Shown: positions 18,949-28,788, counted from the stretch's first letter. The stretch is DNA of 51,095 nucleotides from Candidatus Ventrenecus stercoripullorum (GCA_018712835.1 DVGF01000025.1:1-51095), one strand, 5' to 3'. Notes: generated by a model from the letters alone, not told the origin. Made by a program: numbers and translations.

Positions 18949-20244
18949 GTGAAGTATATGAGTCTTGTAACCCTTTTGCCTGCAGATAAGTATGTTGTTG
19001 TAAATAAAACGATTTTAACAGAGCAGGATCGAAAGTATTTAGTAAGTCTTTATGAACCAATCATTGGGTCGCTTGCCGTTAGTTTATATCTTACTTTATG
19101 GAGAGATTTGGATCGATATAATCTAGTTAGTGTTGATTATACGCATCATCATTTGATGACAATTTTGAAAAGTAATTTGGACAATATTAAGCTTGCTCGT
19201 AAAACACTCGAGGCAGTAGGGCTTGTGAAAACGTATTATGAAGCAGGAGAACCTAACAATTATGTTTATGAACTTTATTCGCCAATGACACCGAAAGAGT
19301 TTTTTGCGAATCCTATATTTAATATTGTTTTATATAATAATATAGGAAGTACAGAGTACGAAATGTTAAAACAAGAATTTAGTCCTCTTCATTTCTCATT
19401 AAAAGGATACGTTGATATTACAACCCCATTTGATAAGGTTTTTAAATCTAGTAGTGAGGCGGTTGAAACGTTTGATGCTGTAGGGCGAGAAGAAGGGACA
19501 ATTGCTATGCAAGATCAAGTTGATTTTGATTTACTTGTTTCTAGTTTGCCGAAAGGGCTTGTGACAGAAAAAACGTTTACTAAGAGGATGAAGAGTCTTA
19601 TTAATAATTTAGCGTTGGTCTATAATTTAGATACTTTAAAAATGTGTGAGATTATCAGACTTTCTTTGAATGAAAAAGGGTGTATTGATAAAGAATTTTT
19701 ACGAATTCAAACTAGAAAATATTATCAATATAATCATCATGGAAAATTACCAACTTTGGTGTATCGTACGCAGCCTGAATATTTAAAAAGTCCTTCTGGG
19801 GATACTAGTAAAAAAGGACGAATTATTGAAGTATTTGAAAATACATCACCATATGATTTTTTAAAATCAAAGTATCAAAATGGTAATCCAACACAGAGAG
19901 ATTTAAAACTTTTGGAGTATCTTTTAGTCGATGTGGAACTTAAGCCTGCTGTTGTAAATGTATTAATTGATTATGTCTTAAAGAAAAATAATAATAAATT
20001 AAATACTGCTTTTGTGGAGACGATTGCCGGACAGTGGAAACGGCTTAATATACAGACTGCAAAAGATGCGATGGAAGTAGCTGAAAAGGAACATAAGAAA
20101 TATACGAATCGTTTACAAAAAGAAACAAATAAAAGGGTTAGTAATGAAACACCAGTTTGGTTTGATGAAAAGATTAGTAAAGAAACTTTAAGTGAAGAAG
20201 AAGAAACAGAACTTGAGGATATGTTAAAGAAGTATAAGGATTAG
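18949..20244 (+). CDS. dnaB: Replication initiation/membrane attachment protein DnaB (Bacillota type)
   Basis: LYEPIIGSLAVSLY, LEAVGL, VVNVLIDY, IAGQW motifs; upstream of dnaI. Confidence 0.92.
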   Translation: MKYMSLVTLLPADKYVVVNKTILTEQDRKYLVSLYEPIIGSLAVSLYLTLWRDLDRYNLVSVDYTHHHLMTILKSNLDNIKLARKTLEAVGLVKTYYEAGEPNNYVYELYSPMTPKEFFANPIFNIVLYNNIGSTEYEMLKQEFSPLHFSLKGYVDITTPFDKVFKSSSEAVETFDAVGREEGTIAMQDQVDFDLLVSSLPKGLVTEKTFTKRMKSLINNLALVYNLDTLKMCEIIRLSLNEKGCIDKEFLRIQTRKYYQYNHHGKLPTLVYRTQPEYLKSPSGDTSKKGRIIEVFENTSPYDFLKSKYQNGNPTQRDLKLLEYLLVDVELKPAVVNVLIDYVLKKNNNKLNTAFVETIAGQWKRLNIQTAKDAMEVAEKEHKKYTNRLQKETNKRVSNETPVWFDEKISKETLSEEEETELEDMLKKYKD

Positions 20245-20250
20245 GGTAGT

Positions 20251-20967
20251 ATGGACATTAAAGAGATTAAAACTTTCGAAGATATGGAACGTTATATATT
20301 AGAAAGAAACAGAGTTATTGATTGTTTTGATTCTTTAGTATTGCAATCATTGATGCAAAATATGAAAGAAAATCAATTGGTGTTGATTTTTAAAAAAGAT
20401 TATTTTTACAATGTAACGATTGAAAAAATTTCAGATTGGTATAGACCTTATATAGAGCATCAGTATTCTAAAAGTTTACCAATTATGCAAGGCTTTATTA
20501 GTGAATGTAATGAAGTATGGTTTCGTATCCCAAAAGCGATAGAAAATCCTTGGAATGCTGGTGAGCGAATGAGTGAGTTATCTCGTGATAATTATTATGT
20601 TGATGATAATATCATATGGTATCAAGAGTGGCTGAATATTCGCGATTCAAGAATGAAAAATAAAGTTTCCATTTTATATGAAGATGATAGTATTTTAATT
20701 TTTGTGATTTTTGTTAAAGTAGATAAGATAAAATTCAATAATGAAACACAGGGTCTTGAATTTAATCATCCTATTTATGGAGTAAATCCGAAATTACAAT
20801 GGCAAATCTATTTAACAGATCATTATTATCATCATTATAAAGTGAAAGGGTATGATGAGTTTTTGCATGAACAAGGCCAGGAATATATCAAAGAAAGGTT
20901 AGAAAAAAACAAAGAAATATTAGAATTTTATCGAAAAGAGTTTACATTAGAACGGAAAAGATGGTGA
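20251..20967 (+). CDS. Hypothetical protein between dnaB and dnaI
   Basis: 238-aa ORF tightly spaced between both genes; no motif recognised. Confidence 0.65.
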   Translation: MDIKEIKTFEDMERYILERNRVIDCFDSLVLQSLMQNMKENQLVLIFKKDYFYNVTIEKISDWYRPYIEHQYSKSLPIMQGFISECNEVWFRIPKAIENPWNAGERMSELSRDNYYVDDNIIWYQEWLNIRDSRMKNKVSILYEDDSILIFVIFVKVDKIKFNNETQGLEFNHPIYGVNPKLQWQIYLTDHYYHHYKVKGYDEFLHEQGQEYIKERLEKNKEILEFYRKEFTLERKRW

Positions 20968-20975
20968 TTTAGGAT

Positions 20976-21857
20976 ATGGAAATAACGTTTACAAAAAGAA
21001 ATCAAGAAGAGCTAGAAAAGAATTTTATGGATGCAATGAAAAATCCTAAGTTTCAAAATTTAGTGAAACGTTTAGGGTGGAGTAAAGAAGAAGTATTATC
21101 ACGGACTACAAAGTTACAAGATACTTTAGATGAACTTCAAAATTGTGCAAATTGTAAAGGATTATATATGTGTAAAAATCTTTATGCTGGACATGTCTCT
21201 ATGCCAAAGAAGGAAGAGGGACGAATTTATTTTACTTATGCTCCTTGTAAATATAAAAAACGAGAAGTGGAACAAAAGAAAGCTCATTTAAGTGAACAAG
21301 ATATTTGTAAAATGGCTCGAATGAAAGATATTGATGTGAAAGATAAAAAACGGATGCAAGTGATTAAATGGTTAGATCAGTTTTTTGAAGAGTATGATTT
21401 TTCTAAAAATATGAAGGGACTTTATTTGCATGGTAATTTTGGTTGTGGAAAGACTTTTTTAGTAAGTGCGTTACTTCATGAATTAGAGGAAAAAAAGAAT
21501 GTGGGTGTAGAGCTTGTTTATTTTCCAGAAATTTTAAGGGAATTAAAGAGTGATTGGGAAATGTATGAACATTCAATGAAACGTTATTGTACAGTTGATA
21601 TTTTATGTATTGATGATATTGGTGCGGAAAAGGTGAGTGAGTGGAGTCGTGATGAGGTTTTAGGAACTATTTTACAAACACGAATGAATCATAATTTAAC
21701 AACGTTTTTTACTTCTAATTTGACTAAGCAAGAATTAGAAAATCATTTTATTATGAATGATAGGGCTGATGAAAGAATTAAAGCCAGACGAATTATGGAA
21801 CGAATTAATCAACTTACCGAGGATATGGAACTTTTAAGTGAAAATAGAAGAAAGTAA
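20976..21857 (+). CDS. dnaI: Primosomal helicase loader DnaI
   Basis: CxxC Zn motif, KGLYLHGNFGCGKT, IDDIGAE, TFFTSN, RIMERI. Confidence 0.95.
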   Translation: MEITFTKRNQEELEKNFMDAMKNPKFQNLVKRLGWSKEEVLSRTTKLQDTLDELQNCANCKGLYMCKNLYAGHVSMPKKEEGRIYFTYAPCKYKKREVEQKKAHLSEQDICKMARMKDIDVKDKKRMQVIKWLDQFFEEYDFSKNMKGLYLHGNFGCGKTFLVSALLHELEEKKNVGVELVYFPEILRELKSDWEMYEHSMKRYCTVDILCIDDIGAEKVSEWSRDEVLGTILQTRMNHNLTTFFTSNLTKQELENHFIMNDRADERIKARRIMERINQLTEDMELLSENRRK

Positions 21858-21947
21858 GCTTGGTTTTGGGTTTTCATCACTAGTGTAAAATACACTAGTT
21901 TTTTTGTTTGTTTATTGATATAATTGACATGTAAGTTTGGTGATACT

Positions 21948-22472
21948 ATGAAAAAAGTTTTTATTATATTTTTATCTTTCTTATTTCTTGGGGGATTAAT
22001 AGAAAGTGTTTCTGCTAAAACGATTGATTATCCAGAACAAGTTATTTCACCAGTTTCTATGGGTTCTTCTTTCCATCTTTTGGATGGAGAAGCTAATGAT
22101 ATTACTGTAAATGATATTTGTTCTATGCCATCGTATCGGAAACCAATGTTATTTTTAGGAAAAATATTAAATTTTGTTAAAATTATTGTGCCAATTGTGA
22201 TTATTGTTTTTGGAGTGCTTGATTTTTATAAAGCAATTACTTCTAGTAAAGATGAAGGGCTTAGCAAAGCTTTTAAATCACTTATTATTCGGGCGATAGC
22301 TGGTGTTTGTATCTTTTTGTTACCAGGAATTGTTCAACTTGTTTTAAATATGGTCAATGAGTGGAGTGATTATTCTAATAATTGGTGTTGTTGTACAGAA
22401 TGCTTGTTAAATGGTGATTGTGATGTTAATTCTTGTAGTAGTGATTCTTGTCGTATAGAAGGGATGGATTAA
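21948..22472 (+). CDS. Pilin paralog 4 with signal peptide and Cys-rich tail
   Basis: VSA signal; KIIVPIVIIVFGVLDFYKAITSSKDEGLSKAFKSLIIRAIAGVCIFLLP; WCCCTECLLNGDCDVNSCSSDSC. Confidence 0.7.
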   Translation: MKKVFIIFLSFLFLGGLIESVSAKTIDYPEQVISPVSMGSSFHLLDGEANDITVNDICSMPSYRKPMLFLGKILNFVKIIVPIVIIVFGVLDFYKAITSSKDEGLSKAFKSLIIRAIAGVCIFLLPGIVQLVLNMVNEWSDYSNNWCCCTECLLNGDCDVNSCSSDSCRIEGMD

Positions 22473-22474
22473 TT

Positions 22475-23284
22475 ATGAAGTTTAAATATTGGTTGATTGC
22501 GTTACTTGCTTTTGTTGCATGGGTTCCTAATGCTTTTGCTGTAGCATATTATTATCGCGTAGATAATGGAAATTATTTACTTTGTGATGGTACAAAATGT
22601 GATGAAGTAGAGCCGGGTCAGCAAGGCGTAACGTTCAATTTGGCAGCTGGCCAGATTACTTATAATGGTATTGTTTTTCAGTATGATTCTGTACAGCAAG
22701 AAAATTATAATAATTCCATGATAGGGCAAACAAGAATGTTTTATTATGTAGATGATAATGGTCGTTATGTATTGTGTACTCAAGTTGGTAGTTGTGAACG
22801 TTATACTTTTGATGGGTTATCTAGTCAGGGTGCAGTTATTACGACTGGAAGTACAGTTACCATGGTAGATGGCACGACTTATTACTATAATTCTATTCAA
22901 TCTGGGAATAGTTCTAACGAAGAATCTTCTAATAACAATAGTAATGCTTCTGATATTGATGTAGAGGATTCTGCAACATGTGGAAGATTAAAAGAGCCGT
23001 TGATGTTTATTGGAAATATAGTGTTAGTTGTGAAAATTGCGATTCCAATTATTATTATTGCTCTTGGAATGATGGATTTCTTTAAAGCTATTACAGGTTC
23101 TAAAGATGAAGAAATTAGGAAAGCTGCTAAATCTTTTGTTTTACGAGTAGCGGCTGGTGCTATTATTTTCTTTATTCCAACGGTCATTAGTGTTGTATTC
23201 TCATTAATTTCTTCTTGGGTAGATTTAAAAGGAGAATTTAATGCTTGTCAAAAGTGTATTTTAAATGTTAGGAGTTGTGAGTAA
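22475..23284 (+). CDS. Pilin paralog 5 with signal peptide and two Tyr/Cys repeats
   Basis: AFA signal; KIAIPIIIIALGMMDFFKAITGSKDEEIRKAAKSFVLRVAAGAIIFFIP; CQKC...C. Confidence 0.7.
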   Translation: MKFKYWLIALLAFVAWVPNAFAVAYYYRVDNGNYLLCDGTKCDEVEPGQQGVTFNLAAGQITYNGIVFQYDSVQQENYNNSMIGQTRMFYYVDDNGRYVLCTQVGSCERYTFDGLSSQGAVITTGSTVTMVDGTTYYYNSIQSGNSSNEESSNNNSNASDIDVEDSATCGRLKEPLMFIGNIVLVVKIAIPIIIIALGMMDFFKAITGSKDEEIRKAAKSFVLRVAAGAIIFFIPTVISVVFSLISSWVDLKGEFNACQKCILNVRSCE

Positions 23285-23598
23285 TGGATTATTGTTCTGG
23301 ACTTAGTAGTACTTTTATCTTTATAGGACATATTGTTCGAATTGCTAAAATTTTTATTCCAATTATTATTATTGGTATGGGAATGATGGATTTATTTAAG
23401 GCCATTGTTGGGTCAAAGGAAGATACGCTTGGAAAGGCAGTAAAGTCTTTAGTATTTCGGGCGATTGCTGGGGTATGTATTTTCTTTTTGCCAGCCCTTA
23501 TCAGTCTGATATTTAGTTGGGTTGATACTTGGAACGAGGATGAGTTCTGGGGATGCTTTAATTGTATTTGGGATGTCGGTAGTTGTATTGATGAATAA
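23284..23598 (+). CDS. Pilin paralog 6 (minimal)
   Basis: TAATG coupled; KIFIPIIIIGMGMMDLFKAIVGSKEDTLGKAVKSLVFRAIAGVCIFFLP; CFNC...C. Confidence 0.7.
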   Translation: MDYCSGLSSTFIFIGHIVRIAKIFIPIIIIGMGMMDLFKAIVGSKEDTLGKAVKSLVFRAIAGVCIFFLPALISLIFSWVDTWNEDEFWGCFNCIWDVGSCIDE

Positions 23599-23693
23599 AT
23601 ACTAGGAAAATTTCTTAGTATTTTTTTTACCCGCTTTCTTGTAATAAGGATTACTTTTTGATACAATATCATTGTACAAAAGTAGGTGATGTT

Positions 23694-23933
23694 ATGGATA
23701 ATACGACCTTATTTGATGTGCAACTATTAGCTAAAGCAAACGTAAAGATGATTTTAAAGGAAGTATATCAATTATTAGAAGAAAGAGGATATCAACCAAT
23801 TAATCAAATTGTTGGTTATTTGATGAGTGGGGATCCCGGGTACATTTCTTCTTATAAAGGTGCGAGAGAAAAGATTATGTCTATTGATCGAGCTATGTTG
23901 TTAGCTTATATTTTACAGGAATATTTAAAATGA
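23694..23933 (+). CDS. ireB: IreB/ReoM family (UPF0297) regulatory phosphoprotein
   Basis: EERGYQPINQIVGYLMSGDPGYI. Confidence 0.93.
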   Translation: MDNTTLFDVQLLAKANVKMILKEVYQLLEERGYQPINQIVGYLMSGDPGYISSYKGAREKIMSIDRAMLLAYILQEYLK

Positions 23934-24352
23934 GGTATTTAGGACTTGATTTAGGGACTAAAACGTTGGGAGTGGCTGTTAGTGATGTTTCTAATACATT
24001 TGCACTTCCTTTAAAGACTCTCCATTTTCCAGTAAATGAATATGATAAAGTATTAGGAGAGTTAGAGAATATTGTACAAGAAAAGCATATTACAGCTTTT
24101 GTTTTAGGACTTCCTAAAAATATGGATAATTCTTGTGGTTTTGCAGCAGAAAGAAGTACTTCTTTTGCGGAAATTTTGAAAGAAAAATTTCATATGCCAG
24201 TGTATTTTGTTGATGAGAGATTAACAACGAAAGAAGCAGAACGCATTTTACTGGCTAGTGATAAGTCTCGAAAAAAAAGAAAAAAGGTCATTGATAATGT
24301 TGCTTCCGCATTAATATTAGAAACATTTTTAAAAGAAAGGATGGAAAAATGA
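23930..24352 (+). CDS. ruvX: YqgF/RuvX family nuclease
   Basis: LGLDLGTKTLGVAVSD, GLPKNMD, DERLTT. Confidence 0.95.
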   Translation: MRYLGLDLGTKTLGVAVSDVSNTFALPLKTLHFPVNEYDKVLGELENIVQEKHITAFVLGLPKNMDNSCGFAAERSTSFAEILKEKFHMPVYFVDERLTTKEAERILLASDKSRKKRKKVIDNVASALILETFLKERMEK

Positions 24353-24627
24353 AAGAGAAAGAATCAGTAACAAACGATGTTTTTGTTTTAGAGGGTGAAG
24401 ATGGAGTAGAGAAGGAATATCAAAAATTATTTGCTTTTGAATCTTCTGAAACAAATAAAAATTATATTGTTTATACAGATAATACAAAAGATGATAGTGG
24501 AAATCTTAGAGTGTATGCTAATGTATATGAAAAAAACGGAAAAGTATTGGGGGCTTTGGAAACAGAAGAGGAATGGAATACTGTAGAAAGTATTTATGCT
24601 AAATTATCAGAGAAAGTAGGCGACTAA
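24349..24627 (+). CDS. DUF1292 domain protein
   Basis: Acidic, KNYIVY...ETEEEW; conserved position after ruvX. Confidence 0.8.
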   Translation: MKEKESVTNDVFVLEGEDGVEKEYQKLFAFESSETNKNYIVYTDNTKDDSGNLRVYANVYEKNGKVLGALETEEEWNTVESIYAKLSEKVGD

Positions 24628-24630
24628 TTC

Positions 24631-25695
24631 ATGAAGAAAGTTCTTTTCATACTTGGTGGTATTTTGTTACTGCTTATTATTTTGGGGGTCTCTTTTTATT
24701 TTTGGGGGATGGGCGCTAAGTCTAGTGATACGAATTTGGTGACTTTTGTAATTTCTAATGGCACAAGTAAAACAACTGTTGCTAAGAATTTAGAACAAGA
24801 TGGTCTTATTCGAAGTCAATATGTATTAGATTTCTATTTGTTTTTTAGCCGTGATAATATTCAGGCTGGAGAATATGAACTTAGTCCTTCGATGACTCCA
24901 AAACAGATGATTGAAAAGTTTTCAAACGGGGATGTCAAGATTAATACGGTGAGTGTGACATTACGTGAAGGACTTCGAATTACGGATTATGCTAGTGAAC
25001 TTTCTAAAAATTTGGATTTTACGGAAGAAGAGTTTTTGGCACAAGTTAATGATTCTACATTTTTAGAAGAATTAGTGAATTCTGGAGAGTATTGGTTTTT
25101 AACAAGTGATATTTTAGATGGTAATATTTATTATGGATTAGAGGGATATTTGTATCCTGATACTTATGAATTTTTAGAAACGGCTACTCCACGAGAGGTA
25201 ATTACGACATTACTTAAACAAACAGGGACTAAATTAGAGCCTTATAAAGATGCGATTACAAATAGTGGATATACGGCTCATCAAATTTTAACTCTTGCGT
25301 CTATTGTTGAGAAAGAAGCAAATACGCCAGAAGATCGTAAGACGGCTGCTCAAGTATTTTATTCTAGACTTCGTGATAATTGGTCTTTAGGAAGTGATGT
25401 GACTACTTACTATGGAGTTTTAAAAAGTCTAGATGATTATTTGACGGCTGATGATATTAATAATGTGAATCCTTATAATACCCGTTTGACAGATGGGCAA
25501 ATGAATGGTAAACTACCTATTGGACCGATTTGTAATTCGGATATTAGTAGTATTGATGCGGTGTTAAATCCAAGTGATACCAATTATTACTACTTTGTTG
25601 CTAATACTTGTACTGGAGAAGTATTCTTTCAAGAAAATTATTCTGAGTTTATTTCTAAAGCACAAGAACTGCAAAGTATCTGTGCAACAAATTAA
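24631..25695 (+). CDS. mltG: Endolytic transglycosylase MltG
   Basis: N-terminal TM, LEGYLYPDTY, LASIVEKE, NPYNT, LPIGPICN. Confidence 0.95.
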   Translation: MKKVLFILGGILLLLIILGVSFYFWGMGAKSSDTNLVTFVISNGTSKTTVAKNLEQDGLIRSQYVLDFYLFFSRDNIQAGEYELSPSMTPKQMIEKFSNGDVKINTVSVTLREGLRITDYASELSKNLDFTEEEFLAQVNDSTFLEELVNSGEYWFLTSDILDGNIYYGLEGYLYPDTYEFLETATPREVITTLLKQTGTKLEPYKDAITNSGYTAHQILTLASIVEKEANTPEDRKTAAQVFYSRLRDNWSLGSDVTTYYGVLKSLDDYLTADDINNVNPYNTRLTDGQMNGKLPIGPICNSDISSIDAVLNPSDTNYYYFVANTCTGEVFFQENYSEFISKAQELQSICATN

Positions 25696-25709
25696 AGAAA
25701 GTGAGTATT

Positions 25710-26309
25710 ATGAAAAATTTAATATTAGAAATGGAAGAATATGCCAAAGAACATAATGTTCCGATTATTGAAAAAGAGAGTATTGCTTTTCTTATGAAAT
25801 TTATTAAACAACATGATATTAAGAATGTTTTAGAGATTGGTAGTGCTATTGGTTATTCTGGTATTTTAATGGCTTCTAGTAGTAGACAAGTGAAAGTTAC
25901 AACGATTGAGCGTGATGAGACAAATTATATGGAAGCTTTAAAAAATGTGAAAAAATGTGGTTTTGAAGGTAAAGTGACGGTTGTCTTTCAGGATGCTTTA
26001 GAACTTAATTTAGCAGAAGGTACAGAATATGATTTGATTTTTATTGATGCTGCAAAAGGACAATATAAGAAGTTTTTTGAAAAATATAAGTATTTTTTAG
26101 CACCTGGAGGAGCAATTATTACTGATAATTTAAAGTTTCATGGATATGTTGGAAAGTCTGATAAGATTGAAAGTAAGAATTTAAGACAACTAGTTGGAAA
26201 AATAGAAGGGTATATTGACTTTTTGAAAACTAATGAAGAGTTTGATACAGAGTTTTTGGATATTGGGGACGGACTTTCTGTTAGTGTAAGGAAAAATGAT
26301 GAAAAATAA
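25710..26309 (+). CDS. trmR: O-methyltransferase (YrrM/TrmR-like)
   Basis: LEIGSAIGYS, FIDAAKGQY, GDGL; synteny with mltG and U32 genes. Confidence 0.85.
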   Translation: MKNLILEMEEYAKEHNVPIIEKESIAFLMKFIKQHDIKNVLEIGSAIGYSGILMASSSRQVKVTTIERDETNYMEALKNVKKCGFEGKVTVVFQDALELNLAEGTEYDLIFIDAAKGQYKKFFEKYKYFLAPGGAIITDNLKFHGYVGKSDKIESKNLRQLVGKIEGYIDFLKTNEEFDTEFLDIGDGLSVSVRKNDEK

Positions 26310-27087
26310 ATATCTTGTTTTAGCTGGAAATAATAAGTTAGAGAAAGTGGATAATACCCTTTTTCTTTTTCCGTTAAAGGGCTACTGCGTTGGAATGAGT
26401 CATGAGTATGCTATTCAAGAAATTCCAAAAGGTTCTTACATTTATGTCAATCGACTTTTTGATTCTTCGCTCATGAATTCTTTTATAGAACTTTATCCTT
26501 TTATTTTAAAATGTGCTCAGGGTATTGTTTTTGAAGATTTAGGCGTTTTAGAAGTGTTAAAAGAAAAGAATAGTCCTTTAAAAACTATATTATATGCAAC
26601 TCATGCAGTTTGTAGTTTAGAGACTACTTTAGCTTATCTTTCTTATGTTGACTCGGTTATTTTGTCTCCTGATATTACCTTAGAAGAAATAAAATATATT
26701 TCTAGTCAAGCGAAGGTTGGGGCTGTTTTGTTTGGACATTTGCCACTTATGTATTCTAGAAGGCAGTTAGTTACTAATTATGCGAGACATTTTGGTGTAG
26801 AGAAAACAAATCCATTTCTTATTAAAGAACCAATTCATAATAAAGAGTTTCTTTTAGTAGAAAATGAATATGGAACTGTTTTGTATGATAATGCAGTATA
26901 TAATGGATATGAACTACTTGATTGTCCGTGTGAGTATTATCTTCTTAATTTGGAATTTACTCAAATTGAACATTTTTCAGAGTGGTTAAAAGAATTTGAA
27001 GCTGGTCAATATCCATCTACTTCTTCTTTCTTTTTGCATCAAGAGACGATTTACCGGCTACCGCCAAAGGAGGAACGTCATGATTGA
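26296..27087 (+). CDS. Peptidase U32 family protein (YrrN/TrhP1-like)
   Basis: LSPDITLEEI, FGHLPLMYSRRQLVTNY, ENEYGT; synteny. Confidence 0.75.
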   Translation: MMKNKYLVLAGNNKLEKVDNTLFLFPLKGYCVGMSHEYAIQEIPKGSYIYVNRLFDSSLMNSFIELYPFILKCAQGIVFEDLGVLEVLKEKNSPLKTILYATHAVCSLETTLAYLSYVDSVILSPDITLEEIKYISSQAKVGAVLFGHLPLMYSRRQLVTNYARHFGVEKTNPFLIKEPIHNKEFLLVENEYGTVLYDNAVYNGYELLDCPCEYYLLNLEFTQIEHFSEWLKEFEAGQYPSTSSFFLHQETIYRLPPKEERHD

Positions 27088-28270
27088 ATTACTCGCACCA
27101 GCAGGTGATTTAGAAAAATTAAAGTTTGCTTTTCATTATGGAGCTGACGCGGTTTATATCGGAGGGCAAAATTTTAGTTTAAGAGCGAATGCAAAGAACT
27201 TTTCTTTAGAAGATATCAAGGTAGGAGTAGAATATGCTCATAAGATGCAAAAAAGAGTTTATGTAACTGTTAATATTATTTTTCATAATAAGGATACAGA
27301 AGGGTTAGAAGAGTATCTATGGGAATTATCAAGAATTCATGTGGATGCGGTAATTGTAAGTGATTTGTTTGTTATAGAGCTTATTCGTAAACAGAATATT
27401 CCTTTGGAAGTTCATTTGTCTACTCAGGCAAGTGTTTTAAATCATAAGAGTGCTTCTTTTTATAAAAGCTTAGGAGTCACAAGAATTGTTTTAGCACGTG
27501 AGGCAAGTAGGGAAGATATTAAGGCGATTAAGGAAAGTACTGATTTAGAGCTTGAATGTTTTGTTCATGGAGCTATGTGTACTTCTCTTTCGGGACGTTG
27601 TGTGTTATCCAATCGTCTTACTAATCGTGATGCAAACCGCGGGGGATGTGCTCAGATTTGCCGTTGGGTTTTTGAGGTGGAAGATTCTCCTAAGTTTAGT
27701 ATGACAAGTAAAGATTTGAATATGATACCTTATTTGGAAGAAATGATTACGTCGGGCGTTAATTCTTTTAAAGTGGAAGGACGAATGAGAGGAATTTATT
27801 ATATCGCGACGGTTATTTTATGTTACCGAAGAATGTTAGATAAAATAAAGGACCATTCCTTAACAAAGGAAGATGAAGCATATTATTTAGCCCTTCTTAA
27901 CCGAGTAGCTAATCGTGAGAGTAGTCCACAGTTTTTTGATAAACTTCCTGGTGAGAAAGAACAGTATTTTTTAGGGCGACAAGAAGTTTCTAATCAAGAT
28001 TTTTTAGGATTAGTTTTAGATTATGATGAAAAAGAACAGATTGTTACTTTAGAACAAAGAAATTATTTTAAAGTTGGCGATGAAGTACAATTTTTTGGAC
28101 CAAATATGGAAACTTTTTCGTATACAGTTCATACAATATGGAATGAAAATGGAGAAGAAATTTCTGTAGCAAATCATCCTAATATGATTTTAAAAATGCC
28201 ACTTGACAGACATGTGTCAAGGCTTGATATGATGCGGATAAAAGTGTTTGACAAAGAGTCTTTTTTATAG
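27080..28270 (+). CDS. Peptidase U32 family protein (YrrO/TrhP2-like, tRNA hydroxylation)
   Basis: ELLAPAG, GADAVY, HGAMC...GRC...NRGGCAQICR, KVEGRM; start moved to ATG after AGGAGG. Confidence 0.9.
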   Translation: MIELLAPAGDLEKLKFAFHYGADAVYIGGQNFSLRANAKNFSLEDIKVGVEYAHKMQKRVYVTVNIIFHNKDTEGLEEYLWELSRIHVDAVIVSDLFVIELIRKQNIPLEVHLSTQASVLNHKSASFYKSLGVTRIVLAREASREDIKAIKESTDLELECFVHGAMCTSLSGRCVLSNRLTNRDANRGGCAQICRWVFEVEDSPKFSMTSKDLNMIPYLEEMITSGVNSFKVEGRMRGIYYIATVILCYRRMLDKIKDHSLTKEDEAYYLALLNRVANRESSPQFFDKLPGEKEQYFLGRQEVSNQDFLGLVLDYDEKEQIVTLEQRNYFKVGDEVQFFGPNMETFSYTVHTIWNENGEEISVANHPNMILKMPLDRHVSRLDMMRIKVFDKESFL

Positions 28271-28276
28271 TATGAT
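28248..28276 (+). promoter_or_regulatory. Sigma-A promoter for greA
   Basis: TTGACA-17 bp-TATGAT. Confidence 0.7.
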
Positions 28277-28311
28277 GTTGCACGATTGATTGATTAGAAA
28301 GTGATGATGAA

Positions 28312-28776
28312 ATGAAAGAACAAGAATTTATTTTGACTCCAGAAGGTTATTTGGAGTTGGAAACAGAATTAAATGAGTTAAAAACGGTGGTAAGACCACG
28401 TATTATAAAGGATTTAAAGGATGCTAGAGCTCAAGGAGATTTGTCTGAAAATGCAGATTATGACTCTGCTCGTGATGAACAAGCTCAAGTAGAAGCACGA
28501 ATTAAAGAATTAGAATATAAGTTAGAACATAGTACGATTGCTGATGCTGGTTCTAAGGATACTGCTACGATAGGTTCAACTGTTGTTATTTTGTATGACG
28601 ATGGTGAAGAAGATGAGTATAAAATCGTTGGTTCTATGGAAGCAGATCCTTTTGAAAATAAGATTTCTAATGAAAGTCCAATTGGTCAAGCTGTGATTGG
28701 TCATAAAAAAGGAGAAACAATTGAAGTATCTAGTCCTAATGGAAGTTATTCTGTTACATTAAAGGACATTAAATAA
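28312..28776 (+). CDS. greA: Transcription elongation factor GreA
   Basis: ARAQGDLSENADY, ISNESPIG. Confidence 0.97.
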   Translation: MKEQEFILTPEGYLELETELNELKTVVRPRIIKDLKDARAQGDLSENADYDSARDEQAQVEARIKELEYKLEHSTIADAGSKDTATIGSTVVILYDDGEEDEYKIVGSMEADPFENKISNESPIGQAVIGHKKGETIEVSSPNGSYSVTLKDIK

Positions 28777-28788
28777 GGAGGGTTTGGT

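Noticed and set aside
28270-28312. Absence of udk between the U32 genes and greA (present in B. subtilis order)
   Set aside because: Ordinary gene loss or rearrangement in a reduced genome.
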